A DNA stretch of 45,617 nt, from the sequence record OP966821.1. One strand, 5' to 3'. The position numbers and the translations under genes were made by a program. The notes beneath the pieces were generated by a model. That model was not told where the DNA came from, made no database searches, and worked only from the letters and a program-made list of their open reading frames with translations. Numbering within the stretch: the first letter of the stretch is position 1; every line of letters starts with the position of its first letter. Source of the DNA: Pseudomonas phage Fyn8. Below, one piece after another: positions 45,354 through 45,617 of the stretch.

Positions 45354-45617
45354 CATGATCATGTCGATTCTGGCGGCGCTGGATGCGCTGCTGTGTGTGC
45401 TTGTCGTTGTAGCTGCTCTGGAGTTCCTGCGCACCGTCCAGTTGTCTGGGCAGCCGCTATTGGGTATCTCCTTCTACCTGGTGGCTGGTGGTGCATTCGG
45501 AATCCTGTACGGAATCATGAAGGGCGCACCGGTTAATCCATTTTCGGTGATCCTCCATGCTGGGCTCGTACTTTACGCCTGGTCCCGGCGCCGGCAGATA
45601 TTCGGTGGAGACCTCTC
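45354..45617 (+). CDS. Membrane protein (partial, continues beyond the window end); possible second holin or antiholin component
   Basis: ATGATCATG dual start; two TM helices in 88 aa; open at the window end. Confidence 0.3.

Overview
The window is GC-rich (about 60-65% GC) and looks like most of the genome of a temperate lambdoid siphovirus of Pseudomonas, laid out in virion-map order with essentially no host DNA. From memory of the P. aeruginosa phage D3 literature, it resembles D3-like serotype-converting phages.

Order of modules on the plus strand:
- Terminase small and large subunits.
- Portal, Mu-F-like head morphogenesis protein, putative protease/scaffold, major capsid.
- Head-tail joining proteins.
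- Major tail protein with Ig-like domains, chaperone, 1003-aa tape measure, minor tail proteins, NlpC/P60 peptidase, J-like protein.
- Beta-helix tailspike.
- A sharply AT-rich island (20.4-24.2 kb) with an O-antigen seroconversion module: a 31-aa hydrophobic peptide ORF, an OafA-type O-acetyltransferase and a Wzy-like polymerase.
- GH19 endolysin with Rz/Rz1-like spanins.
- An accessory pair including an SOS-response-associated peptidase (SRAP).
- attP core (3' 58 nt of a class-II tRNA-Ser(UGA)) flanked by TTCCGCAA arm-type repeats, then a tyrosine integrase.
- A leftward early operon: DUF4224 (Xis-like) protein, 622-aa tandem-repeat protein, hypothetical proteins, Rad52/Sak-like annealing protein, Zn-finger protein, and a CsrA/RsmA homolog fused to a domain duplicated in the adjacent small gene.
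- Immunity region: CI-like repressor with a lipoprotein moron and its own terminator, Cro, CII, and lambda-like PL/PR promoters overlapped by TTTAG-N4-CTAAA operators.
- Replication: O-like protein with GATTCC iterons, DnaC-like loader.
- nin region: NinB, lambda-PP-like Ser/Thr phosphatase, NinG.
- Q-like protein followed by a strong terminator.
- Three tRNA-like genes: a 65-nt D-arm-less Gly(TCC)-like element, Asn(GTT), Thr(TGT).
- A 3-TM holin-like gene at the window end.

No CRISPR array and no IS element were seen. Many long GC-rich antisense ORFs in the six-frame track are judged spurious.
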